A stretch of 63,589 nucleotides of DNA, counting the filler, from Nemertoderma westbladi (Eukaryota; Animalia; Xenacoelomorpha), in NCBI GenBank assembly GCA_032718475.1. It is 3 parts of 3 records of this genome, joined end to end, with 100 filler letters (N's around TTAATTAATTAA, not from the genome) between each part and the next. Parts side by side here need not be neighbours in the genome. Positions count along the whole stretch, not along the records: positions 1 to 26,732 come from JAUCBJ010005754.1; 2 more parts are not named here. The stretch is one strand, 5' to 3'. The notes below the pieces were generated by a model, which was given only the letters and a program-made list of their open reading frames with translations, was not told the DNA's origin and ran no database searches. The position numbers and the translations under genes are program-made. The stretch's first letter is position 1; every line of letters begins with the position of its first letter. Positions 1 through 11,793 of this stretch are shown in pieces.

Positions 1-704
1 TACAGGACACTAAAACAAATAATACTAATTTACCTAAGTTACTTAATACTACAAATTATGTACAATTCGGGTTGAGATTACAATCTCTAAATAAACACAA
101 AAATTTACAAAAACACAAATACGAATTTTTAGGGTAATTTTACAAGAAGTCTACAAACCAGCCTAACAAAGGGTTAGAAAACTGATTATTACAGCGGACA
201 GGGTACTACGGTATTTGAAATAATAAGTAGTAGTAAATACACTGCGTTGTCTAGATAGGAAAATACCACCGCCTGACGACCTATAGCCGTATCGCTATAG
301 GTTCTACGTTATGTATCACGGAGTGTTCCTACCTAGAAGTTAATAGAGCTAATCGAATGTGCCTATCAACCACTTTACAACACAAATATAATGCCTACAA
401 TAATTACTTCGGAAAGTACGGTACACTAAACCCTAGATTAGGTACGAGTACTTGTACAACAAATAATCAGTAGTTAAATATACTTGAACAGCTAAAAGAA
501 CCACGGCATCTGCTGGAGTGACCGATGCACAAAATCACCAGTCTTTACCTACGCCGAGCAGCCCGTGTAGTACCGAGGTTAATTTAACTATAGCGGTATG
601 TATAACAAACACAATTACTGTAGGAACAAACTTGGGGACTTGAATGTTGCGAATAATCGCATAAACTCTGAATAATAAATATTACGCTACGCGTACAAAC
701 TACT

Positions 705-1245
705 CAAACAAAATACAGACCGAACACTGACAGACTACTATCAAGCCTAAACAAACTACGGTATATGCAGACTCCGAAATGATTAGGGAGTATGCGCTCT
801 AACCCAGTAGTGCGACTTATTCTTTAGTCGGGGGTTTACCTTACAGCTTCGCTGCCCCTACTGCCTAATCGTACTTAATCGGACAGATGATCTACACACG
901 CAGCAATCCGTTCAGACCTAATAACAGCCAGACAACTATCCAGCCTACAAATTATCTAAATAAAATTATACGCTACCCGTACAGACTTACACAAACAAAG
1001 TACAGACTAAACGATGGCAGACTACTCTCAAGCCTAAATAAACTACAGGACATGCAGACTCCGAAATGATTAGGGAGTATGCGCTCTAACCCAGTAGTGC
1101 GACTTATTCTTTAGTTGGGGGTTTACCTTACAGCGTGGCTGCCCCTACTTCCTAACCGTACTTAATCGGACAAATGCTCTACACACACTGCAATTCGTTC
1201 GGACTTAACAGCAATCAGACAACAGCTCAGCCTACAAATTGTCTG
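705..1245. repeat. Diverged direct tandem duplication, period ~287 bp (2 copies)
   Basis: The block 'actccgaaatgattagggagtatgcgctctaacccagtagtgcgacttattctttag' starts at both 771 and 1058, with similar flanks. Confidence 0.9.
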
Positions 1246-2800
1246 TACAATCTGATCAGGTTTACACGCCTTCTGTTCAATACTGGCCTACAAATAAATA
1301 AAACTGACAGAAATAGGCCTAAGTAAAATCCCAATAAAAACCAGGCGTCCCCGATTAATTATTAAGACCTACCGGCATATATAATCAAATCGAATAATAC
1401 TGCTGTACTTATACGGAAGTAGGTACCGGTCCGGATGATCAGGCAGTCAGGCCTACTGGTTACCGGTCGACCGGTACTTTCGACTTTATTGCTTACTGCA
1501 ATAAAGAAGCTATATCCTTTAATGTTCGCGCTTTCAGACCTTTGGCAGTTTAACCCGCCAAATTAGAATGTCTTCTAGATAATAAATCGCTTTTTAGTCT
1601 ATGACAAGTATTTGATTCACTACACTAGTCGAAACCAATCCGTGCGCGACCATTCACCCGCTGGAAATTCCCGGGAGATTGGGTTCGACGGTTTAATTTT
1701 TATTGCTATGTAAGCCTAATGTATTATTCGACTGACAGTATTATATAATCTCTGACAATATTTTTCACCTTCGGTAATATTAACAGTTCCTTTAGGACGT
1801 GGCGCTTTATCTATATAAACAGAGTTATGACTTAAACTACTCACAACGATATGGCTTAATTATAATCCACATATATGACGCATTCTTTAGGAATTGCTTC
1901 TTTAACAGACTCACTCATACACTATGCTGCACAATACTGCACACTAATCTGCCAATCTTCACTGATTTTAGTCACATATAAAGGGAACACAGGCTGACTC
2001 ATGTAGGGGCTATCAAATAACATTAGATTCACTTCAAACCACTTTAACATAAGTCACAATCGTTTATCTGTAACCCTTCTCTCTTACCTTCGGTATATCA
2101 AGAACATTGGGTTTCGGGGTTGTTTATCGTTATTCCAAATATAATAATTCATCAACCATATTATGAAGAACTGACGGTAAATAGCAGTATAAAACAACAA
2201 CTGAACAGTTAGGTAGATCGGTACATCAGTACCGGTATGTCAGCAGTGAGATATTTACAGTGAGATATTCAAGTTAAAGGATATATGCCCTTTATAATTA
2301 AACCTACTAGTGTACGACTAAAAAGCAGTACAGCACAAAATACTTCCAAGCCGTTCTTTCTTTGGCTCAAGACTCAATGTAAACACTAGGCATTGCGTCA
2401 TTTCTCGGAAATTTTATGTACAAGGAGCCACAAAAACGCTCTAATTGGCTGACTGAACTGAGAGACGCCGTAGAACAAAGGAAATCAACAGGTATGAATG
2501 TCAGCTGTCAACCGTAGTCATAGTAACTACTGTTCAAGAGTAGCTATCACCCTTTTGCGTCACGAATTGCCATAGAATCATAAAATATGCCTTTCACAGT
2601 ACACATACGGAGGAAATAGGTCTTAGATCCTCTAAAAACACCGATACAGCAATAATACGGTCTCTTACACCCACCAAATCAACTACAGAGCACTCCAATG
2701 TAAAAGATAATAAAAATAACGGGGCAATTCAGCAAAGGCTTTTACAGCGCCCATCCCTACCTCCAGGCAGCAGATAGGGGTAGAGCCCACCCCTACCTTC

Positions 2801-3088
2801 GGACTCTCCCGACTGAGCTGCCTCCACTTTATTATTTACTGGACTCTCCCGACTGAGCTGCCTCCACTTGTATTATTTACTGGACTCTCCCGACTGAGCT
2901 GCCTCCACTTGTATTATTTACTAGGACTCTCCCGACTGAGCTGCCTCCACTTGTATTATTTACTGGACTCTCCCGACTGAGCTGCCTCCACTTTATTATT
3001 TACTGGACTCTCCCGACTGAGCTGCCTCCACTTGTATTATTTCAAAAAACGGAGTTTAAGAGAATAAAAGATCAATCAATCAATCAAG
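2801..3088 (+). repeat. 6 x ~40-bp tandem repeat followed by AATAAA and a (TCAA)n tail; probably an amplified LINE 3' end
   Basis: Unit ggactctcccgactgagctgcctccactt(g/t)tattatttact with no unique spacers, followed by 'aataaaagatcaatcaatcaatcaa'. Confidence 0.8.
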
Positions 3089-3489
3089 AATTCCAGAATT
3101 TATATTCAAGTATCAAAATATAACTGCAGATCTATAATTTCACCAATGAAACGAAACCAAAATTTTAATTCAAAATAAGACACCACATCTAAATACAAAA
3201 TAATAAATATTATACCACAATAATAATGTACATATTTTAAATAACGCAAACGTTTTATTTTGGTGTATGATAATGAAGGTCAGTCGGAAATCAAAGCTTG
3301 TAGGAAACTGACCTACAGGGATGAGTGATGATTAGGGGTTATTAAGCTTGTGATGAAACAAAACACCTGTTTATTTAGTTATTAGATTAGTTATTAGTAC
3401 CGATAATAAAATAAATGTTGAGATTAAAAGATGTCCATAGCTGTTCATAGAATGATAGAAGGCAAATTTTTTATATGTTAATTATTTTA

Positions 3490-3730
3490 ATGTGGGGTGA
3501 GCGACGAAAGTAAGCGAGCTTAGCATACAGGTACCACTATCTCAATCGGTGTGTCTGTTGATCTGTCGATCTGTCCTTCTGTCGATCTGTCGTTCTGTCG
3601 ATCTGTTGTTCTGTCATTCTGTCGTGTCCAATTTTAAACGTTGATAACTTAGCCAAATGTTAATGAAATTTAACCAAACTTGGTACACATGTAGTCTGGC
3701 CAAAGTTTAGAAATTTTCCAAGTTGAATTT
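3490..3730 (+). mobile_element. Helentron-associated non-autonomous element (HINE/DINE-1-like) fragment
   Basis: Contains a (ctgtc)n microsatellite and an 'aaacttggtacacatg' core. A reverse-complement copy lies at 26833-27008. Confidence 0.6.
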
Positions 3731-3984
3731 GCGTGGGGTCTTCGTGCAGCATCTGTGTAACTGTCTTACAGTTATAATAAATTAATCTACCCAAAAATTA
3801 TTAGGCTTGGCATCAGCTGGTTGCTAGGAGACTAAAGGATTACAGTACGGTACCGGTAGGGCTACTGTTAACTGTTACAGTGGTACAGAGTTACCGTTAC
3901 CGTCTTCAGGTCGTTGGTCGTTGGCAAAACCATCGGAAATATCCGCAAATGCCACTCCTTTACTGTTAGAAACGCTTCCGACAG

Positions 3985-4470
3985 TCCGATGTATCTGGAC
4001 CCGAGCAGCCGAGTGGCATCAAGATGCGATTAACTGAGGAATAAATACTACGGAATTGCTTGCTTGTCAGTACGATTCTATTTACTACACTGGGAATACG
4101 GCGGTCGTTCGGATCGTAATGCGGGCTACTGCCAAGTTCCTCATGCCTCACTCAGGCCACCTACCTTGGAGTGCGGTGGGAAGAGTCCGACTTACGTCGA
4201 CGACTGGACGAATCGCCGAGAATTGCGATTTGTGTTTAGCGGCGGCTCGGACAGCCGCCTGGGGGAAATTGTTGAAAGTCGGGCAGACGTGTATCGCACC
4301 GGATTACATTCTCTGCCACGCGAAAGTGTGAGGCGAATTCGTTGTCGAATTGGGTCGGAAGCTGCGGGAATTCTACTGTTCTACGGGAATAAACCGCAGC
4401 TGTCCGGTGACTACGGACGGATACTGGGATGAGCAGGTATTTCGATCGAGTTTCTCGTATTGATCGAATT
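3985..4470 (+). pseudogene. ALDH3: ALDH3 (fatty aldehyde dehydrogenase family) pseudogene fragment, frameshifted and intronless over this span
   Basis: Translated across frames: PMYLDP..TTELL..YDSIYYTGNTAV.RIVM.A.AKFL, TLECGGKSPTYVD, AWGKLLKVGQTCIAPDYILC, FYG..PQLSGDYGRI, RYFDRV. These are collinear with the ALDH3A motifs (ELGGKSP, GQTCVAPDY). Confidence 0.9.
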
Positions 4471-4689
4471 CTCGATATTTCCTATAAACCACATGGCTTC
4501 GCATATTGAACGTGTGATTGGAAATACGTTTGTGCTAACCTTCCGCTCCTTGGGTGGTAGATGTCGCGGTTATGTATTGGTTGGTAGGAAGGGGGGGGGG
4601 GGGGGGGGGGTGCAGATTAAAAGGGCTGAACACGTACTGTCCCCCTTTGCCCTTTCTTTGATTGATTGGCGGTATGGTTAAATTTCTCA

Positions 4690-6890
4690 AATATTGATTT
4701 TGTGATACAGTCGCTCAATTTTAATTTGTATCTCATAACTGGGCCTCGTCTTGCGCAAAGGCCCCACGAACGTGTAGTTGAACGAATACCGTATCTATGT
4801 ACTGTATTGGAGAGTCTAAATAGACTAGATATACCTACAGGAAGATTGTTAGAGCTGGCATTATACTTTAGTTTACCTACAATATATTTATGCAGTAGAT
4901 TCACAGGTAAGACAGTTAAGTTCTTATAGATTGGAAAGGAATGGGCTTTCCAGTCACTAAAAGTCATTCCACGCACAATCTTATTTACTTGAGTTCTGAT
5001 TTTAGAGATATATTATATTAAGTACAACCCCATAGTTGTATACCATAATTTAATTTATGTAGTACACTAAAGTAGATCGATTTTAATAAAAATAATGGTA
5101 GGATGTGACGAATTTTAAAGAATAATCCTGTTATCTTACAGGCGGAGGTCAGAAAATATGTAATCGCAGTGAGGTGTCCAACGTAATAATTTATCAACAT
5201 ATATTCCCAAATATTTAACAACGTCCTGTTTTTCGATAATTGTATTTCTAATTTTGACCTTTGGTGGAGCTTCAATGATTCTAGGATTAGAGGTCGATAA
5301 ACTATATACAGTTTTACTCCGGTTGAGGGATAGTTTATTTACAGCTAACCAATCACTTAGTTGTGTTCACATAATCAATATTTGTATTTCTTATTAAGTT
5401 CGTAATATTATTCTCAATATGCATGCAATAGATAAGTATCGTCGGCAAATAATACACTAAGCATAGATGTAGCAGAAGGCAAGTCATTAATAAACAAAAG
5501 GAATAAAAGAGGGCCCAGTACCGAACCCTGCGGTACACCGGTAGTAATAGGTAAAGTAAGTAAGGTTCTAGAATATACATTGTTGAGTTTAACTGATTGA
5601 GAGCGATTGGATATATATAACTACTAAAGAACTTGTGAGGTAAGCCCCGTACACCGTATGTATCTAGTTTATCTAAAAGTATCGTATGGTCTATTGTATC
5701 GAACGCCTTACGTAAATCTATGTAGGTTGTACAGGTCAATAAATTGGCATCCAGAGCTTGTTGGAGACGATGAGCTACGTCTATGAGAGGATGGATAGTA
5801 TGACAAAAGCCATATTGATTTTTCACCACTATTTTATATTTTTCGAAATATGCCGAGAGCTGGTTCGCAACAATAATCTCGAATAGTTTACCAAATAAGG
5901 GCAGCAAGGAGATGGGTCTATAATTAGAGGGGTTGAAAGGAGAGCCACTTTTATGGACAATGGTTAATTACTTTCCAAAGTCTATCTGGCTTACCGCTGG
6001 AACAGCTGATCTCGTTAGCGTAATACAATTTTTTAGCTAAGCGCAAAGAAGCTGTAAGTACATTTTTATAAGATGTAGAAATATTTCTGTTGTGCGGGCA
6101 AGGGTCCTCCTTTAAGTACTGAGCGTATAATTTGTTCTTCTTAACTATACTTTTCAATAGCGCACTGGTGATCCATGGACTCCTAGGTGTATTGTTGTAA
6201 GTTGACTTTTGTTTAGGTACATTTGCATTACATAGTTCTTCAAAATCATTATAAAATTTTGTAAAAGATTCCGAGGGAGACAGAGTTACGTCAACATCAA
6301 TTGACTCAATATCACTAATAAATCTTTCATGGTGCAATTTTTTATAGTTATACTGTAATCCCACGATTCAATAGAAGGTTTATAGCACTTTTTTTTATAG
6401 GCCGTAAAGAATGAAAATATTGGGTAGTGATCGGTACTTCCAATCTTAGTGAGAAATACCCCAGCTTGTGAGAAGTTCGAAGTAAAGTTACAATAAATAT
6501 GATCAATGCAGGTCTGAGAGTTTTTATCTACACGAGTTGGTTGCTTAATTAGCTGCTGATAGCCGTGCTCAGCTAATTTGTGGAGGAAGTCTACACTAGG
6601 TTTTTTCTTATTTAAAATATTAATATTAAAGTCGCCGCAGATTATGACATTAGAATTAGTATCGGCCAATTTTTTAAGGTTAGTATCCAAATTATTTGAA
6701 AAGGTCTCAAAATTATAAGAGCCAGGACCATATAATGCACCAACAGTTACGCGTTCGTTATTGTAAGGGTTGAGTACATCTAGCCAAATATTTTCAATGT
6801 CCTTTAACATTAAATCATTTTTTAGTGAAGCTTCGAGTCCTTCTCGAATATAAACAGCAACACCGCCTCTAGCTTCATTATTCACCAATT
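4690..6890 (-). mobile_element. Decayed CR1/L2-group LINE ORF2 (APE endonuclease + RT)
   Basis: Endonuclease motifs RGGVAVYI, IICGDFNIN, TCIDHIY, TDHYPI. RT motifs [29 protein letters not shown]. Several frameshifts. Confidence 0.9.
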
Positions 6891-6899
6891 ATTACCAAT

Positions 6900-7140
6900 T
6901 CACCAACGTCAGACGTTGCACTATAACGCAGGATCTATAATGTAAGGGAACTCCTCCGGCAAAAGTCACCAGACCAGAGATCTCATTCGTCGAGTGGGTG
7001 GGATATTCGAAAGACCCTTTTACGATTTCACAGGCGCTCTCTAGTAGAAATGCCTACTCCCCTTCCCACGTGTCTTCCGGTTTCGCTCAGGGAACCTGCC
7101 GTCGGTCCAACGAGTGGCCAGTCGAGGATATGTGTTAGAC
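6900..7140 (+). pseudogene. Probable C-terminal relic of the same ALDH3 pseudogene, beyond the LINE
   Basis: GC-richer island with frameshifted traces: SSG, SF..VGYS (cf. PFGGVGNS), FHRRSLV (cf. FSHRRSCLV), SLREP (cf. VRYPP). Confidence 0.45.
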
Positions 7141-7524
7141 CCCGGATGTAGTGTAATAAATAAGAGGGTTCTTGTTGACTTGTAATATAATGGCATTTAC
7201 TAGATAATATTGTCTCACCAACAATGCTATTGCACGTACGGTGCGAAGTAGCGTAATCACTAATAATACAATATAAGTTATAGAGAGAGAGAGGTGACAT
7301 TTATTGTAGAAAAGCACCTGTAGAATAAACTAGTTTCATAAAACATAATCTTATATACTTCAATAAATTGGCACCAACAGCACTGCAAACCAACTCAAAC
7401 CACCTAAAAAAACGTGAAGAAAACGAAACCAGATGACAATGGTAATGCATTCACCGATTCGCGCATGACACTGACAGACTGAATAATCTGTTGTACCGGT
7501 ACCGTAATTGAATCTGTTGAGAAG

Positions 7525-7925
7525 ACTTCGTGCAGCACGTTGGATACATGATTCAATCTATTGAAACGTTCAGACGTTTAAGAGACTTTCATGCAGCACG
7601 TGTGGTAGTTACTGTAACAATCTATTGAAACATGTAAGATACCTTCATGCAGTATACTTGTATGGGATACTGAAACAAACCTTTTGTGCAGCACGTTGGA
7701 TACTGAAACAATCTGTTGAAACGATTAAGAGACCTCCACTGGCTTCATGCAGCACGTGGGTTACTGTAACAATCGATTGAAACGTACGTGGGGTACTGTA
7801 ACAATCGATTGAAACGTACGTGGGGTACTGTAACAATCGATTGAAACGTACGTGGGGTACTGTACCAATATGTTGAAACGTTTAAGAACCTTCGTGCAGT
7901 ACGTTAGATACTGTAAGAATCTGTC
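7525..7925. repeat. Degenerate minisatellite including ~3 near-perfect 32-bp units
   Basis: 'tactgtaacaatcgattgaaacgtacgtgggg' is repeated at ~7762-7860, with diverged units on both sides. Confidence 0.8.
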
Positions 7926-8739
7926 AGTAGACTGGTAGATGTGACATTCGCATACAAAGATTGCACAGTAACATTCTATAAATTCCTAATTAACTAAAAC
8001 TGCTAGGCACTGGTTATATACAGAGGGGACCCTCCTGAATGCTGATTTCAGAATCACAACAAATCACACCAAATCACAAAAAAAATTGATAAGTAAATCA
8101 AAGGAGCAGGTTACAGGGTTACAGTGGTAGCCAGAAAGGAACCAAAACAATAAACGATTTGAAAATACAAAGGAAAGGAGCAGAATATTGCAAAATAAAT
8201 TCAGAAAGCTGTCTGCATCATGCATGCATTCAGGTTTCAGGAGGGTCCCATGTATCTAACCAGTCCCAACTGTTAATTAACTATTAAGAAATGACAAAAA
8301 TAATGAAAATTTTTTTTGTTGTTTTTTATAGTTTTTATTGAAATATTATTCCATAAATTATAATATATGACATATATACGTTTTATAAGTTATAACAGTG
8401 TCCAGCTTTTCTTTAGTAGGATAATGAAAAAATTGATTTTTATTGATATACGGTATTGATTAAATTAAAAACGTTAATTAGGCCTAGTACAAAATTCCAC
8501 AATTCCTAAAAATATGCACTCTATAATAATTAATTGCTTAATAATAATTTTCGTACCGGTATTTCCGATTTCAAAGTATGTACAATCTCATATATATATC
8601 AGGCGCAGAAAATTTTGGTCAGGCGCAGAAATTATGGGGTCAAAGCGCCAGGCGCAGGTGCAAGCGCTGTCTTTGGGGTAAAGATATGAAAGGTGAAAGG
8701 ATTCGCTATTGGAATGCCTTAATTCACCGATAAATCGAC

Positions 8740-9090
8740 ATACTGTACAATTATCACATCACGGTCTGCCCGAACCTCTCGAGTGGGCGATCGATAGCGT
8801 CTGAGGACAAGTATGATGATATTAGTCATAGTCATACTTGCAAGAATCTCGCTTAGGTCAGAACTGCTTTGGTTACGATATCTGCGTCTGTTGGAAACAC
8901 AGTTCCTGCCTGGGTTTAACCACTGCTGTTGTAACACTACTGTATACTTTGAAATTTCTATAACTGCCAGATTGTTTGCAATGTTGTTTAGGAGTACATG
9001 CGTACTTATCTTATATATCAATATTCTATTTTATTTTACCTTAATTAACGACCCCCATGAGTGCCTTAGATCCTGGGTGTTCTTTCCCAC
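8740..9090 (-). mobile_element. Possible LINE endonuclease relic
   Basis: 'DLSEILASMTMTNIIIL' resembles the segment that precedes the APE-endonuclease GDxN motif. Heavily decayed. Confidence 0.3.
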
Positions 9091-9344
9091 GATCGTAATT
9101 TACTGTAGTATTATTAAGCTATTAATATATACTGTATGTGTTTTATTATGTTTTTTTTATATAGTGATTTTAATTACAAATACACTTTGCAGTATTGTGG
9201 CCTTTTACATACTGTAGGTCAGAACGTTGCAAATTAATCAATCATAGGCGTATGGGTTACCTTCGTATATGGGGGGTCAGGGGGGTGTCTGTAACAATAT
9301 CTCTCATATTTTCGCCCCCCCCCCATGTCTCTTGATGTGAGAAT

Positions 9345-9590
9345 GTTTTTTTGTGCTTTTTTTTTTACTTTTTTGTGCTTTTTTTTTACTTTTTTTGTGC
9401 TTTTTGTGCTTTTTTTGTGCTTTTTTGTGCTTTTTTTTTACTTTTTTTGTGCTTTTTTGTGCTTTTTTTTCATTTTTATGTGCTTTTTTTTACTTTTTTT
9501 GTGCTTTTTTTGTGCTTTTTTGTGCTTTTCTTGACCTTTTTGTGCTTTTTTCTGCTTGTTTTGTGCTTTTTGTAGTACTTAGTAGGACCC
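9345..9590. repeat. T-rich (TTTTTGTGC)n low-complexity tract ending in 'gtaggaccc'
   Basis: Same terminus and T-rich arm style as the MITE at 47979-48369. Confidence 0.75.
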
Positions 9591-10534
9591 AATAAATACT
9601 GACATAATTGAATCCACTTCTTGAATCACAATTTCAGAATTTTACATTACAGCATTATAGGCCCCCCAGCCTGCCAGCAGCCCAGCCCCAGCTGCCAGCT
9701 GCCCAGCCACTACCAGCCAGCCCCCCTATATTATTTAGTTTTTATTTTGGGGAGCCTCATGCGCCAAGCCGGCGCGTTTTGCGATTTTCAAGCATTCCAT
9801 GTGCCATCATGCTGTCATGTGCCACACTGCTGCACTGGCACGATTGTATTGTAAAGCGCGCCGGATTAATCACGCAAGTGTCAGAGTGTATGTATTCAGG
9901 TATTCCAGTCTGGCCCCATCCCATACCTACTACCAGTCTACTGCTCTACGTGCTGACGTGCAGTGGAGCAGTGCAGACGTCTGGACGTGGACGTTGGTAT
10001 GTATTTTTACGTTCTATGTTGTTAGTATTTTGTCACATGCTGACATGGGCTGATGGGTTGGATGAGCATGAGAGTAAGGACAGAACAGAACGGCAGAAGG
10101 AACGCTTCAAACAAGCATACTGTATGTGGCAGTGTGGCCTTATTTCAGTATTTTGTTCTATTGGGCAAGCGCAAGGGTTGTCAGGTTGTACTGTTGTACG
10201 TACAGACGTAGGCCCTACATTTATATGCTGATATGTATTGCTGTATTGGATTTAATTAAACCACAGAAAAAACCGAAAAAAACCATAAAAACCAAACAAT
10301 AAAACCAAAACCAAAATTTTTTTTTCAAAAAACCATGGTTTTTGCCATAGGCCTACCTGATGCTGTGTGACGCAAATCGCCCGCGATTGGTCTGTCCATG
10401 CACCATGTTTTCTGTGTCCAGTCCACCTTTTTCAAACACCCCTGTCAGTCGGTGAGAAGTCAAAAATTGGACTTCAAGTCCAATTTTAGACTTCAAGTCC
10501 AATTTTGGACTCCAAAGTCCAATATTGGACTTTA

Positions 10535-10860
10535 GTACAACTCCAAGTGTACCGTACCCATGCTGCCATACTGTATATCGGTATTTAAATCAAAACTGCA
10601 TCCCGTATCAGTACATATATATTACATAATTACAATGCAACATTATTTTAATGATCAAATTAATTATTATATGTATTATAAACAGGGATCGCACACGTAC
10701 AACTCCAAGTGTACCCATGCTGCCATACTGTGTATATCGGTATTTAAATCAAAACTGCATCCCGTATCAGTACATATATATTACATAATTACAATGCAAC
10801 ATTATTTTAATGATCAAATTAATTATTATATGTATTATAAACAGGGATCGCACACGTACA
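10535..10860. repeat. ~162-bp direct tandem duplication
   Basis: Near-identical blocks starting at 10536 and 10698, also visible as the repeated peptide in ORF 10560-10955. Confidence 0.9.
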
Positions 10861-11019
10861 GTCAGACATCAGTAGTTACTTTTTGCGGTAGTGGTATAGC
10901 TTTGCGACTGCCATACCTGTGGTATTTTCGTATGGCAAAAATAAAACTACTGTAAACTGTAACCTATTATGTTATTGTATTGAGTTAATGTTTATTGACT
11001 AATTGTTTTGATTAGGTTC

Positions 11020-11310
11020 ACTGTGTCAAGTACAATGCACACATCTCTGCATCTCCAACCAAACACTATATAACATTGGAGTTGGAGGTGTCTCATTCAG
11101 TCATTGGTTCCCGCAAGCTTGACACTAGAACAAAGCCGCCTCCGCTTTGCAGGACATCGCTTTAAGCCGTGAGGACCAGCCAGTTCACCTCATGGAGTGA
11201 ATAAGCATGGTGGACAGCCCATTACTTTCTTGAGACGCATCTTTCTTACTGTCTTAAAGGACACTGGCCTTGAAGATGCGGATGATCTAGCAAATGTCAT
11301 GGGTCTGTGG
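11020..11310 (+). mobile_element. 3' fragment of RTE LINE family B
   Basis: Matches 55700-55835 (gtgtcaagtacaatgcacacatctc...cgcctccgcttt.aggacat...gaggaccag). Confidence 0.85.
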
Positions 11311-11793
11311 GTGACTGGGTGATAAGGCTGTAAGAGTCAGAGCTGCAGAGAGTGTTTAATCAGTTACTAATCCCATTTCATTATCCTGTTATCCAGCCGT
11401 TTTATAATACCCTTCCTGTTGTATGGAAAAATTAGAAGAGATGGTGGTAGCATCAACTTGTAGTATTTCTTTCTGATAAGGCTCCCATAGCCTTAGACGA
11501 AATCGTAGCTTGTACTGTAGTTAGCCTTAGCAGCAGCTGCAGTTGAGCAGTTGGCTAACCTGGCATTGCTACCAGTATCCACCAAATATAATTTGTAATT
11601 AAATATTTGTTGGAGGTTGGAGCATAACCTAATCTAGTCCTAAAGACAAAGACACTATAAAGTCCTGGGTACATAAGGCTGTAAGTCAGTACAGTAAGTA
11701 CAGTCATTTCATTACACTGAAGATACATACAGAGCTGCAAAGGTAACTTTCCATAACTTAACAGCTGTCTGGCTGTCTCTCATCTGTCATGCT

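Noticed and set aside
270-310. Hammerhead ribozyme (CTGACGA followed by a stem)
   Set aside because: The stem is not followed by the required GAAA core.
1709-2669. LTR bounded by TGTAAG...CTTACA
   Set aside because: No PBS, PPT, TSD or second copy in the window, so the 6-bp match may be chance.
2801-3042. CRISPR-like 40-bp repeats
   Set aside because: Head-to-tail tandem units without spacers.
9325-10231. Phe-rich membrane-like ORFs and the 207-aa ORF
   Set aside because: Low-complexity T-rich tract and decayed repeat sequence, with no recognisable domain.
10550-10556. TACCGTA as a proven excision footprint (extra 5 bp relative to the duplicate copy)
   Set aside because: Equally explained by a simple GTACC tandem duplication, so it was not used as evidence.
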